Of a DNA stretch of 64,000 nucleotides, positions 27,866 to 37,834 are shown one piece after another. Both the position numbers and the translations under genes were made by a program. The notes below the pieces were generated by a model. That model had not been told where the DNA came from. It saw nothing but the letters and a program-made list of their open reading frames with translations, and searched no databases. Numbering within the stretch: the stretch's first letter is position 1; each line of letters starts with the position of its first letter. The DNA comes from Desulfurococcaceae archaeon (lineage in GTDB: Archaea; Thermoproteota; Thermoprotei_A; Sulfolobales; Desulfurococcaceae): NCBI GenBank assembly GCA_038816475.1, contig JAWBAI010000001.1, positions 139,031 through 203,030 of the forward strand, given 5' to 3'.

Positions 27866-28688
27866 GGTTTACACCAATAGGTGATATTGTTGTCTTAAAG
27901 GCTCTAATACCTTTGCTCCTAATGGAGCTCAGGACATCATCAGCGTACTCTCTCTCAACCCATACTACAAGCGCGGATTTCTTCATGTAGTAATCGATAA
28001 CGCCTTTAAGACCGCTCAGCAGAGACTTGGCCGGTGTGTAATCAAACAGCATACTCGTGAACTTCCTAGCACTCTCGAAGAAGACGTGAACATCCTCTGT
28101 TTCTACAACCCTGTTCAACAGGTTTTCACCCACTCGGTAGACCTCGCTGGTGATCCTCGAGAGCATTCGCGAAGTGTCTTCAACTCCATTAAGCTCAGCA
28201 ACCACGAGGTCAACTCTTTGTCTAGGAATAACCCTGTACGCTAAACCAACACCTGGTGCTCCCGGTTTAACTCTAATTGCTAATCCACCCGTATACTCGG
28301 CGATCACATCGCCAAGACCAGTTCTGTACTTGACTTCAACAATGTGAGCTACTTGCAGAGCTCTGAGACTAGGTTTACCTGCTAGTGCATGGGACACGAG
28401 AGAGTGCGCGATAAGCAAAGCAGCTGATGCACCAAACCCTTTTCCCAGCTCAACCGGGAGTTCAACTTCAACACCGGTACTTGTTCCCGCATGGTTGCAT
28501 ACTTCTAGAGCTTGTTCACGAAAAACCTCAAACCTGTTCACCAGTAGTCTGCACGACCCAGCAAGCTCTCTTCCCACAGCGTAAACTGCTAGGTTTAATC
28601 CAGCACCGAGACTACCCGTCTCCAGAGGATCATCCGAGTACTTAGCAATCCAAACCCCGGAGACATGTAAAGGCACTATGATCTTCAT
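27849..28688 (-). CDS. Pantoate kinase (GHMP family, PoK)
   Basis: P.HVSG, GSLGAG, G.GFGASAA, AH..EV...TGLGDV, R.KPGAPG; overlaps PPS. Confidence 0.9.
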   Translation of the reverse strand: MKIIVPLHVSGVWIAKYSDDPLETGSLGAGLNLAVYAVGRELAGSCRLLVNRFEVFREQALEVCNHAGTSTGVEVELPVELGKGFGASAALLIAHSLVSHALAGKPSLRALQVAHIVEVKYRTGLGDVIAEYTGGLAIRVKPGAPGVGLAYRVIPRQRVDLVVAELNGVEDTSRMLSRITSEVYRVGENLLNRVVETEDVHVFFESARKFTSMLFDYTPAKSLLSGLKGVIDYYMKKSALVVWVEREYADDVLSSIRSKGIRAFKTTISPIGVNLVHTN

Positions 28689-28860
28689 CAGCTAACCCCA
28701 CTCTCTGAACAAAGTACTCAGTGCATCCCGAAGATCCATGCATATCTCACAGTAGTATAGTATTAAAACATAGTCTGCGTTCAAACTATAAATAGTGTTC
28801 ATGACCAGTCGAAAACATATATAGGGATTCGTGGAGAAAAATGGGTAAAGGACGCATAGT

Positions 28861-30225
28861 GTGGGATTGGGTAGTAAAATCCTCTATGTGTTATCGGCAT
28901 TAATCATAGCGTTGATCGCCACACCATTCATTACACTTCATATCCTTCAAGTCAACGATGTAAGCACTTCTGCACCTGGAGTCGATCTATGTTCTCTCTC
29001 GGAGAAGGTTTCACTCTACTATGTGGAGTACCTACCACCCGAGTTCATGAGACTTCTGAAGAATGTAGGACTTGATAAAGCTGTGAAGCAATTGGACCAC
29101 GATGAAGCCGTGCTCGAGAGAGCCCTAGTGTTTGTTCACTCAGAGAGGGTTGCAAAGAACTTACCTTTGTACACGGAGCTTCTGACAACCATTCTGAGTA
29201 CTTGCAGGAAATGTGCTGTAGCATACTTGAACACGGGTCCCAAGGTAAGAGGATTAGAGGCTGTAGACTCGCACTCTGCTGTTCTCAAAGCGTTAGGTTA
29301 CATTGGAGTTGAACCAATTATCCCTCTAAGCCCTGATCAGACGGTAAACGATGATAAGCTTGGAATAGGGCTCATTCACCCGGTACTTGAGAGTGCAGAT
29401 ATGATAGTGTTCACAGCTGATCCCCCTGGATTAATAATTGTGGAGACCCTCAGCGTTAAGGACTTTCACATAGTACTTGGTGCTGTACTGGAGTGGAGTG
29501 AGTTGCTACCTCAGAGCGAGATTCCACCTGAAGCACGCATACCGCATCAAAGTATAATCTCAGAACCTACTAACATGGTGTTACTGGGGTACATAGGGTG
29601 GATCACGAATCCAACGTACGGAAGAGGTTGCAGTGAAGAAACGGGAAGGCAGTACGTTTACGTTAGGTACTATTGTGGTGATACCACAACAGTTACTGGA
29701 GATGTGTATCACGTATGGTACGTGTACACAATGCATGCTGGTGTTGGGTTTAAAACAAAGTGTAACTGGCAAACCTTTGATCACTACCCTAGGCTCTTTG
29801 AAACCACTATACACTGGCGCAGTGATACATGGCCTGGTCAGATCCTAGATGACTGGCAACCTAAGGGCACTGGCTCAACTCGCTCGGTGCAGTATACGAC
29901 ATCTGGAATCAACAATGCAAAAGTGTCTGTATCCTACAGCATAGGTTTTACTGAGCCGGAAGCTCCATACTTCACTATAGCGGATTACACGGATCCCGGT
30001 GAGGGTAGAGTTAGAGTGAGGCACTGGATTGAAAGAGGTAACTTTAGTGAAAGCAGTTTAAGTAACCTGGTGTTTACTGTAGAGCCGAGTTCCTTCGGCT
30101 TCCTTGACTCAGAGAAACCTGGAGGAGACATGCCAATGATAGTACTTCAGTCGTTCTACATGGAGTTAAACACAGGAGACAGCGTAAACATCACGTTTCA
30201 GGTACGTCTCCGCAACACGAGCTAA
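28861..30225 (+). CDS. Secreted or membrane-anchored hypothetical protein with beta-rich C-terminal domain (leukocidin-like pattern)
   Basis: N-terminal hydrophobic segment; C-terminal YP.LF...QILDDWQPK...VSVSYS..F.EP. Confidence 0.7.
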   Translation: MGLGSKILYVLSALIIALIATPFITLHILQVNDVSTSAPGVDLCSLSEKVSLYYVEYLPPEFMRLLKNVGLDKAVKQLDHDEAVLERALVFVHSERVAKNLPLYTELLTTILSTCRKCAVAYLNTGPKVRGLEAVDSHSAVLKALGYIGVEPIIPLSPDQTVNDDKLGIGLIHPVLESADMIVFTADPPGLIIVETLSVKDFHIVLGAVLEWSELLPQSEIPPEARIPHQSIISEPTNMVLLGYIGWITNPTYGRGCSEETGRQYVYVRYYCGDTTTVTGDVYHVWYVYTMHAGVGFKTKCNWQTFDHYPRLFETTIHWRSDTWPGQILDDWQPKGTGSTRSVQYTTSGINNAKVSVSYSIGFTEPEAPYFTIADYTDPGEGRVRVRHWIERGNFSESSLSNLVFTVEPSSFGFLDSEKPGGDMPMIVLQSFYMELNTGDSVNITFQVRLRNTS

Positions 30226-30268
30226 AGCTTGTTCTCATCTTAAATTGTTTTAACTTCCGTCTGGATAA

Positions 30269-31570
30269 TTATTGCATTTCCTGAACTTCCTTGTCCTGAA
30301 TCTTCTTGATAATTCTAGGCAAGAGCATCCATCCATGTTCTATTGTTCCGAGCGCTCCTTTAATGCACTCCTTTTCGGTGAACTTTTCAACGCTATCTGG
30401 CTGTATTCCCGGCATGTAGAATGCTACTGGCACGGGATCGTCTGTGTGCGATCTCTTGCTTGGTGGTGTAGCGTGATCCGAGGTTACCAGGATAGCGAAT
30501 CGATCTTTCAGAGCATCGATCAGGGGTTGAACAAAGAACTCGTCTATCTCCTCGATCCTCCTCTTCTTAAGCTCAAAGTCACCATCATGTCCAGGCTCGT
30601 CTGGTCCCTTAAGGTGAACGTAAACGATGTCGTTTTCCTTAAGTGCCTCCAGGGTTTTCTCGAGTCTAATTGCGTAGTCTGACCTTGGGTTTCCGGTTGG
30701 AGGCTCTAGAAGTATGGTACTTGCTCCAAAAGCTCTTCCTATACCAACTTCAACGGGCATTTCTGCTAGCACAGCGAACTTGCACTTGTACTTGGAACCC
30801 AAGGGCTCGGCTCTCGGCAGGCTTCCACCAGCATCTCTCAGGAGTATGGCGTTGGCTGGAGGTAGACCTCTGCTGATCCTTTCCTTGTTAACCGGGTGTT
30901 CCTGCAGTACTCTGGTGGATAACTCGAAAAACCTGTTGGCTAGTTCAGTTGTGATCCTAGCTTCCCTTGTGTAGTCCAGGGGTTCCACGGGTTTAACGTA
31001 CGGTTCAAACCCACTTACAGCAATGCTTGTTAACCCTTTTCTCGCGTACGCGGGGTCATTGTTGCTAACGTGTGGTGATAGCTTCTCTCTTCTACTACCA
31101 ATCAATACGACGGCTCGATGTCCCACGGTTGCTACCACCTTTGCGTATCCATCGTGTAAGCCTAGATCCACGTACTCCAACGCTTTTGCAAGCTTTCTAG
31201 CCTCTTCCGTGGAAAGGCTTCTGCCAACACGTCTATCCAGTATCCTCATAGTAGCAGGATCTACCGTAGCAAAATTAGCTCTGAAAACTACCTCGTATCC
31301 CTCTGTGAAAACGAGTCCAACTCCTAGAGCCTCAAGAGGGCCTCTACCAGTGTAAACTTCATGTGGATTGTAGCCGAGTATCGAGATCACCGCTTCATCG
31401 CTCTCGGGCGCTATGCCTTTTTCAACAGTGTACATAACCCCGCAGACACCATTCTTCGCTATCCAGTCTAAACCGGGTTTCCGGCTAGCTTCCAGTGTTG
31501 TAACGGGATCACTAAGGCTGTCGGCAGCACCATCTATAACCAGGTAGATCAGCTTGTACTTCAAAACCAT
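30269..31570 (-). CDS. apgM: 2,3-bisphosphoglycerate-independent phosphoglycerate mutase (archaeal)
   Basis: IDGAAD, PESD, YTGRGPLEA, HLKGPDEPGHDG, TSDHATP, HTDDPVP; GAGGTG SD before ATG 31570. Confidence 0.93.
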   Translation of the reverse strand: MVLKYKLIYLVIDGAADSLSDPVTTLEASRKPGLDWIAKNGVCGVMYTVEKGIAPESDEAVISILGYNPHEVYTGRGPLEALGVGLVFTEGYEVVFRANFATVDPATMRILDRRVGRSLSTEEARKLAKALEYVDLGLHDGYAKVVATVGHRAVVLIGSRREKLSPHVSNNDPAYARKGLTSIAVSGFEPYVKPVEPLDYTREARITTELANRFFELSTRVLQEHPVNKERISRGLPPANAILLRDAGGSLPRAEPLGSKYKCKFAVLAEMPVEVGIGRAFGASTILLEPPTGNPRSDYAIRLEKTLEALKENDIVYVHLKGPDEPGHDGDFELKKRRIEEIDEFFVQPLIDALKDRFAILVTSDHATPPSKRSHTDDPVPVAFYMPGIQPDSVEKFTEKECIKGALGTIEHGWMLLPRIIKKIQDKEVQEMQ

Positions 31571-31662
31571 GGCAAACACCTCTTACTCATTGTTACTGGA
31601 GCTGTCTTAATTACATCTAAAACCAATGATTAAATAAATGTCCAGAGGTAGAAAAAGGTGCT

Positions 31663-32397
31663 TTGAGATTGGAGTATGCTGTTGAAGTAAGAGACCTTAC
31701 GAAGGTCTACAGCGGTGGTGTTATAGCTGTAAATGGGTTGAACTTAACAATCGAGCACGGCTTAATATACGCTTTGATAGGTCCTAACGGGAGTGGTAAA
31801 ACAACTACTCTCAGAATAGTTGCTACACTGCTGAAGCCTACAAGGGGGACCGTGAAGGTTTACGGTGTAGACGTAGTTCGAGAACCGTTAAAAGCGAGAT
31901 CCCTGATAGCGTATCTTCCAGAAGAAGCAGGTGCTTACAGAGATCTCACAGGCTTGGACTTCATAAAGTTTATGCTGTCACTTAGGTTTACTGGTAGAAA
32001 ACTAGAAGAAGCTATTGGTGAAGCCGTCGAGATCTCAAGCCTCGGTAAGGACCTTAAAAGACCAGTTAGAACATACAGCAAAGGTATGAAGAGAATTCTT
32101 GCTCTAAGCGTTGTTCTAGCTCTTAGACCCAAGCTACTAGTTCTAGATGAACCAACAGCTGGTTTAGACGTTGAAAGAGCTCTGCAAGTTAGAAACCTCG
32201 TAAAGCACTACAACAGAAGATACGGTATAACAGTACTAATGAGTAGCCACAACATGCTCGAAGTAGAGTACTTAGCCGATAAAGTTGGCATGATATACGC
32301 TGGCAAGTTGCTGGCTGAGGGAACTCCTGAAGAGCTTAAAAGAAAAACCAACTCAGCTAATCTCGAAGAAGTGTTCGTAAAGCTCAAGCAGTCCTAG
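31663..32397 (+). CDS. ABC transporter ATP-binding subunit (ABC-2/NatA-like exporter)
   Basis: GPNGSGKT, YSKGM signature, LDEPT, SSH. Confidence 0.93.
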   Translation: MRLEYAVEVRDLTKVYSGGVIAVNGLNLTIEHGLIYALIGPNGSGKTTTLRIVATLLKPTRGTVKVYGVDVVREPLKARSLIAYLPEEAGAYRDLTGLDFIKFMLSLRFTGRKLEEAIGEAVEISSLGKDLKRPVRTYSKGMKRILALSVVLALRPKLLVLDEPTAGLDVERALQVRNLVKHYNRRYGITVLMSSHNMLEVEYLADKVGMIYAGKLLAEGTPEELKRKTNSANLEEVFVKLKQS

Positions 32398-32408
32398 GGT
32401 GGAAAGCA

Positions 32409-33701
32409 ATGGTTCTTGCTCAGCTTGTAAAAAGAGAGATCAAGGTGTTCCTAAGGAACCCGGCATTCCTTATCTCAATAGTAGTACTCGTGGTCTTCTA
32501 CGGCATCCTCGGTGGTATTGCCAGGAGAGGTGTTGAAGAAGCTGCTCAAGTTGCATTAGCAATGAACATCGGTGTAGTCTTAGAAGAGGATACACCGTTA
32601 ACCAGGGAAGTCGTGAGAATTTTGAACGAATTAACGAAAGGTCGAGTGCTTGTTTGCAAAGACTTGGGTGAAGCCGTAGAAAGAGCAGGTCTGGGTATAC
32701 TCATAGCTAAAGGATTCACGGATAACGCGACGAACCCGTATGCACCCTTGTTCCTGGAGGGTTTGATTAAGATTGATGCTACATCGCAGATCAGTGTACA
32801 AGCCAGATTAAACCTCATAGCTCAAGTCAGGAGTCTAGTTAGGTACGCAATTGGTGAAGCGTTCAAGAACGTCTACGGCGAGGAACTCTATAGAGATAAA
32901 ATGGTATATATACGTGGAAGAGCACTGTTCTACGGGCGTGAAGTCGACTCAGAACATCTGCTAAGCTTTATAAGCTTTATTTCCTTTCTGCCACTTCTCA
33001 TAAGCATAGTTGTTGGTCCCAACGTTGCATACGCTTCTCAGCTGGTTGCTCTCGAGAAGGTTGAGAAAGCTTTTGAGCTACTACTATCACAGCCTATTAA
33101 GAGAAGCAGAATAGTTCTAGCGAAGATCATAGGTGCGTCGATCGCTTCAATGATAATAGCATTAGCGTACCTTGCGGGTTTAATTTTACTGGTAATGGGT
33201 TTCGCGTATACGTCGCCCACGAATCAGCCTGCAACCGCTGGTGGAGAAGGCTTCTTGATAACCATTGGAGGATTACTGGGGGAACTCGGGGGTAACACTA
33301 TGAAACTAATTGTAGTATCAACAGGAGTAACTCTTCTTCTAGGTCTTTACTCCTCTGGAGCTCTAGGTATCATTCTGGGCTCCATATCAACCGATGAAAG
33401 AACAGCGGGTATTCTGACAACACCAGTAACGCTCGTATACTTTGGTATAGCATTCGCGTTAATCTTCATGGGCATGGAGCCGAACCTCGCGTTTGCTGTA
33501 GTATCCGGGATGATCGTAATACCGATCCCCGCTCTCTACGTGCTATCAAGTATCACGGGTCAACCTATTTACGGGTTGATCTCGGTTGCTGTTGCAATAT
33601 TCTTCAGCGTTGTATTGACAATGGTAGCAACGTACATATTCAACCGCGATATTGTAATACTGGGTTTAAAGATCAACTTGAGAAAAACGAGATCCCAGTA
33701 G
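32409..33701 (+). CDS. ABC-2 family permease (NatB-like)
   Basis: One TM, extracellular domain, about five TMs; EK..KAFELLLSQP..RSRIVLAK. Confidence 0.88.
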   Translation: MVLAQLVKREIKVFLRNPAFLISIVVLVVFYGILGGIARRGVEEAAQVALAMNIGVVLEEDTPLTREVVRILNELTKGRVLVCKDLGEAVERAGLGILIAKGFTDNATNPYAPLFLEGLIKIDATSQISVQARLNLIAQVRSLVRYAIGEAFKNVYGEELYRDKMVYIRGRALFYGREVDSEHLLSFISFISFLPLLISIVVGPNVAYASQLVALEKVEKAFELLLSQPIKRSRIVLAKIIGASIASMIIALAYLAGLILLVMGFAYTSPTNQPATAGGEGFLITIGGLLGELGGNTMKLIVVSTGVTLLLGLYSSGALGIILGSISTDERTAGILTTPVTLVYFGIAFALIFMGMEPNLAFAVVSGMIVIPIPALYVLSSITGQPIYGLISVAVAIFFSVVLTMVATYIFNRDIVILGLKINLRKTRSQ

Positions 33702-33735
33702 CTTTTACACAGGTTCAATAGAAGCCTGTTATGAG

Positions 33736-34551
33736 CTAATACCCCTGGTCCTGGGAGTAAAAGTAGTGCTCGCGGGATGGAAAAGCACCGGTTTTAACTT
33801 CCTCGACATACCTTCTAATGGCATTTACTACTATGGTTCTTAGATCAGCGTAGGCTTTAGCAAAGGGTGGAGGAGTCTCCGTTAAGCCCAGAACATCTGT
33901 TATAACTAAGACCTGACCATCGCAGAACGGTCCACTGCCAATGCATATAACAGGCACAGATGTTTCCTTGGTTATGGTTTCAGCTACGTCGGCAGCGGTG
34001 TATTCTACTACAATCGAGAAAACACCAGCTTTTTCAAGCTCTTTGGCATCTTCGAGTATTTTCTCACGTTCCTTAACCGTTAACCCTCTTTTCCTGTAGC
34101 CTCCAATGAGAAGCGCTCTCTGAGGGTTGAGCCCTATATGACCCATTACAGGTATACCAGCTCTAACTAGAGCCTTTACAGTATCAACCATCTCGTTACC
34201 ACCCTCCAGCTTTACAGCATCTGCTCCCGCGCGTATGAGTAATCCCGCGTTTCTAACTGCTTCCTCAACGTTTACCTCATAGCTTAGGAATGGCATATCG
34301 CCAACGATCAGAGCTTTCGGTTTAGCACGTGCAACGCTCGCGGTGTGCATGAGCATCATTTCCATGGTAACTGGATGCGTTGACTCATAGCCGTGGACAA
34401 CCATTCCTACGCTGTCACCAACTAGTATAATGTCAACTCCTGCAGCATCAACAAGCTTAGCTGTTAAGTAGTCGTATGCGGTGATCATGGCTATCCTTTC
34501 TCTGCCTTTCATCTTCAGGATGTCTCTAACGCTGATCTTCTTTCGCAACAT
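33736..34551 (-). CDS. panB: 3-methyl-2-oxobutanoate hydroxymethyltransferase
   Basis: TAYD, LVGDS, DMPF, VKLEG, GHIGL.PQ, IGSG..CDGQVLV. Confidence 0.97.
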   Translation of the reverse strand: MLRKKISVRDILKMKGRERIAMITAYDYLTAKLVDAAGVDIILVGDSVGMVVHGYESTHPVTMEMMLMHTASVARAKPKALIVGDMPFLSYEVNVEEAVRNAGLLIRAGADAVKLEGGNEMVDTVKALVRAGIPVMGHIGLNPQRALLIGGYRKRGLTVKEREKILEDAKELEKAGVFSIVVEYTAADVAETITKETSVPVICIGSGPFCDGQVLVITDVLGLTETPPPFAKAYADLRTIVVNAIRRYVEEVKTGAFPSREHYFYSQDQGY

Positions 34552-34616
34552 TCATCGACCCGGCTTCTACACCACAGTAGGATAACGATCATAGTGTTAT
34601 TTATTCAGGTTCCAGC

Positions 34617-35573
34617 TTACTTCATGTTCGCGGACTTCTCCAAAAGCTTAATCAGTAGAGTAATAGATCGGTTCACCTTGGCTTCCTCCCCAAGAGTTTT
34701 CCAGATGAAGCCGTTTATGTAGTCTATCTCCGTTGTTCTACCCATTAGAACATCCTGAGCCATGCTAGAAATGTTCTCGGATACAGCTTTTACGCTTCTC
34801 TCTACATAGCTTAGCAGTCTTTTCATATCCAACGTGTAACCGTGCTTTTTTGCTGCTTTGCACACTTCTTCAAGGATCATCTCGGCTAACTCCATTCCCT
34901 CCTTCTCTAGTACAATCCTGTTCTTGAATCTCGCTAGAGCAGTTATGGGGTTCACTACGGCGTTTAAGGCTAGTTTTAGCCATCTGTAGTAGTCTATGTC
35001 GTCGACTACTCTGAACTCTAATCCACCCAGTCTAAGTATTCTGGATAGTTCTAGTAGCTCTATACAGGGCTCTTTTCTACATCCGGTCAACACGGTATCT
35101 CCACCGTGGTAGACTACCTCAGCTCTGTTCACGCGTTCCGCGCCGAAGTAAACAACACCTCCAGCAACCTTTAGAATACCTGAAAGTGATTCCTCGGCTA
35201 GTTCTAGTGAGCCGAACCCGTTCTGAGTCATGATCACGACACTGTGAGGAAGTGTTATTTTCTTCATCAACTCCAAGGTTTTGTCGACATCGTATGCTTT
35301 TACGGTGTTGAACACAAAAACGCACTTGTCTAAGGGATTTATGTAATACCTTGGTGCTACTGGTACTACTAGGCTTGCTTTTCGCTGTTTATCATGTAGT
35401 AAAACTCCACCTTGCTCGGATACAGCTTTAACACTATCTTCTGAGCCATAGTACACTGGTATTCGCTCTAAACCGCTTCTGTAGAGGAAGTAAGCGATGC
35501 TAGACCCTACAGCGCCTCCACCAATAATGCAGACTTCAGAGTACATTTTCGTCTCCAAAACGTGTGAATCCAT
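34617..35573 (-). CDS. panE: Ketopantoate reductase
   Basis: GGGAVG, VKAYD, QNG, W.KLALN, SSMAQD, TEIDYING. Confidence 0.93.
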   Translation of the reverse strand: MDSHVLETKMYSEVCIIGGGAVGSSIAYFLYRSGLERIPVYYGSEDSVKAVSEQGGVLLHDKQRKASLVVPVAPRYYINPLDKCVFVFNTVKAYDVDKTLELMKKITLPHSVVIMTQNGFGSLELAEESLSGILKVAGGVVYFGAERVNRAEVVYHGGDTVLTGCRKEPCIELLELSRILRLGGLEFRVVDDIDYYRWLKLALNAVVNPITALARFKNRIVLEKEGMELAEMILEEVCKAAKKHGYTLDMKRLLSYVERSVKAVSENISSMAQDVLMGRTTEIDYINGFIWKTLGEEAKVNRSITLLIKLLEKSANMK

Positions 35574-35703
35574 ATGTGGGTTTTAAGAGCAATTGTTATA
35601 CTACTTCAGCTAGAGTAGCATTGCATATCAAAGACAGTATTCGAAGTTCAGTTGTTCTACAGCGGTATAATACTTTCGTTCGACAACTACAACGTGCGTT
35701 GTT

Positions 35704-36405
35704 CTACACATTGAGGTCCTTGTCGTAACCAACATATTCTCTTGAAACTCTGCTTTGGGCTAACGCGCTCAAGTACTCTGTGTGTGCTGTTGAAGTAGCA
35801 TGGGGTTTCTCTATTCTACTAGAGACAAGGTCAGCTAAGTGTAGTAACTCTTTAAGAGTAGCTATCTCTCCTTTGAACACTTCTTCGTATTTTTCCATTT
35901 CACTAATCAATTGTGTGATCTTATCTAGCTCGGTGAATACGAAGTTCTTGAAGAGCTCTTTATCTGCACTTGTAAGCTTATCCTTAGCTAGGAGTCGTTT
36001 AAGCCAATCAAGCCTTGTCTTAGGCTCCAGGCTTTTGTACTTAATATGTAGTGCTTTGATTGCTGGATCCTCAAATGGCGTATTGTAATACTCGGATAGA
36101 ACTCTTCTTACAGTTTCTATATCTACGAATCTCCACCATGTTTGATTAGAGGAGCTGTAGGACTTTTCTATAATACCGTACTCCTTCTCGAGTATTCTCA
36201 AGAGATTAACAGGATTGTAGTTGAATCCTATTGATGTAAGTTTTAGAACTAGGTGTTTAAAGCTAAAATCCCCCAGCCTATGGTCAATATGAGGGTCTTG
36301 CGATAGATCAAACGCTGTCTTCAGCACAATTAACCCTTTTTCACTGTATTTTTTAAGAAAGGCGATTAGCCTAGTATCGGTTTGTGTGTACACTCGTGAG
36401 TACAC
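35704..36405 (-). CDS. Hypothetical protein (possible winged-helix N-terminus, helical C-terminus)
   Basis: 233-aa ORF; LGDFS.K, LLRILEKEYG.I, WWRF. Confidence 0.65.
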   Translation of the reverse strand: MYSRVYTQTDTRLIAFLKKYSEKGLIVLKTAFDLSQDPHIDHRLGDFSFKHLVLKLTSIGFNYNPVNLLRILEKEYGIIEKSYSSSNQTWWRFVDIETVRRVLSEYYNTPFEDPAIKALHIKYKSLEPKTRLDWLKRLLAKDKLTSADKELFKNFVFTELDKITQLISEMEKYEEVFKGEIATLKELLHLADLVSSRIEKPHATSTAHTEYLSALAQSRVSREYVGYDKDLNV

Positions 36406-36527
36406 CCAAGTAGAGTTTATAGCGTATTACAGTATATAACTGTAGCCAGTTGAATAACCATGAAGGTATTACTTGATCTCTCGAGAGTGATTTAAAGAGA
36501 CTGTTAAGCCTAGTGTTCACCAATTCA

Positions 36528-37674
36528 CTAAAGTTTAACCTTGTATATCCTGGTGGTTAAACCACCATGCATTACAGTTCGCTGATGCTCTATCTCGAGG
36601 CCCACTTTTTCGGTAGATTGTTCAAATCGCTTTACAGAAGCTGTTATTAAAACAATTCTTGCACCCGGGAAAACCTCGGCTAGAACTTTAGCAAAGCTTT
36701 CGTAGAATTCACCGATCTTCTCTATTCTGTGGGATCTAATACCGTAGGGTGGATTCGTTACCACATGCGATGCGTTTATACCTTTGTAGCTTTCTTTTCT
36801 GGTTGCGTCTCCTAGTAAAAACTTGATCGTGTCGTCGACGAGAGCCGACCTAGCATTTTCAAGAGCACATCTAAGATGCTTTGAACTAATATCCATGCAG
36901 TAGATCTCGTAGATGACTCTTCTGGAAGTTTTGAATCAGCTTCTCAGCAATGTTCGCTTCTAAAGCAAGATCGTATAGCTTTAAATTCTTGAAAAGGTAA
37001 TCCCTTCTGAAAACCACAATGGGTATTCTTCTAGCCAAGTGAGCAGCCTCCACCGGAATTATGCCACCACCACATAAAGGACCCAGAAGCGGTTGATCCT
37101 TGTACTCGCCTATTCTAAGCATTCCAGCAGCTATCGTTGTTTTGAGAGCTGCAGGATGACTGTAAACTCTGTACCTTCGTTTGTGCAAACCTTCATCCGT
37201 TGTGTTAATACCCACAATTAGCTCATCATACCTTAGAAAAACCCATATTTCAACGTCAGGTTCATCTAAGTTCACCCTGAGTTTCAACCCTTTTGATTCA
37301 ATGTAGGAGTCTATAATAGCTTGTCCTGCAACTCTTGATACATCAAGGCTTGTAAAATCGTGTTTACCTACGCGTTTGCTTTTTATTGCGAAGGTTTTGT
37401 CCGGTGGTTTTAGGTCTTCGTAATCAACGGACTTCATGAGCCTGTACACGTCCTCGAGCTTTGATACACCTTTTTCGCGAAGAACCTGTATGAATAATCT
37501 ATTAGTCAACCTCGAGGAGAAGTTAACAGTGTAAATGGCTTCCACACTATCGTTGAAGAAGACCTTGCCTACATCAACCTGGGGTTCAACACCAATGAGC
37601 TCCTTTAGCTCTGCAGCGCAGACATCCTCTAATCCTGGAGCCGTTGTAGCGAACATCTTCATTGTAGACAGCAC
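36528..37674 (-). pseudogene. trm14: THUMP-domain tRNA (guanine-N2) methyltransferase (Trm14-like), frameshifted
   Basis: ORF 36886-37674 (ATTAPGLE, THUMP, LHKR.YR, HPAALK) and ORF 36528-36896 (DIS, GDA, TNPPYG) join via a one-base shift between 36935 and 36897; motif I reads GPLCGGGII rather than DPxCGSGTI. Confidence 0.8.
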
Positions 37675-37703
37675 CGGTCATTGTACTCGTGCTCGGCGGG
37701 GTT

Positions 37704-37761
37704 GTCGTCAGAGCCTAGCACACGTCTTCACGAGTTCTGACCCGTTCAATTCATCATCTGC
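37704..37761 (-). ncRNA. Box C/D guide sRNA
   Basis: Minus strand: ATGATGA-ATTGAACGGGT-CAGA-ACTC-GTGAAGA-CGTGTGCTAGGCT-CTGA (C at 37757-51, D at 37711-08). Confidence 0.85.
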
Positions 37762-37834
37762 CCGTGGTATAAACATAAATTACTAAGGAGTATTAAATAG
37801 AAGGCCACTGAGATCAGATGGCTGGGTAGAGAGT

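Noticed and set aside
28686-28752. Two CTGA boxes on the minus strand upstream of pantoate kinase
   Set aside because: No recognisable C or C' box at proper spacing
36897-36935. Programmed ribosomal frameshift in trm14
   Set aside because: No canonical slippery heptamer or downstream structure, and extra catalytic-motif damage favours pseudogene decay
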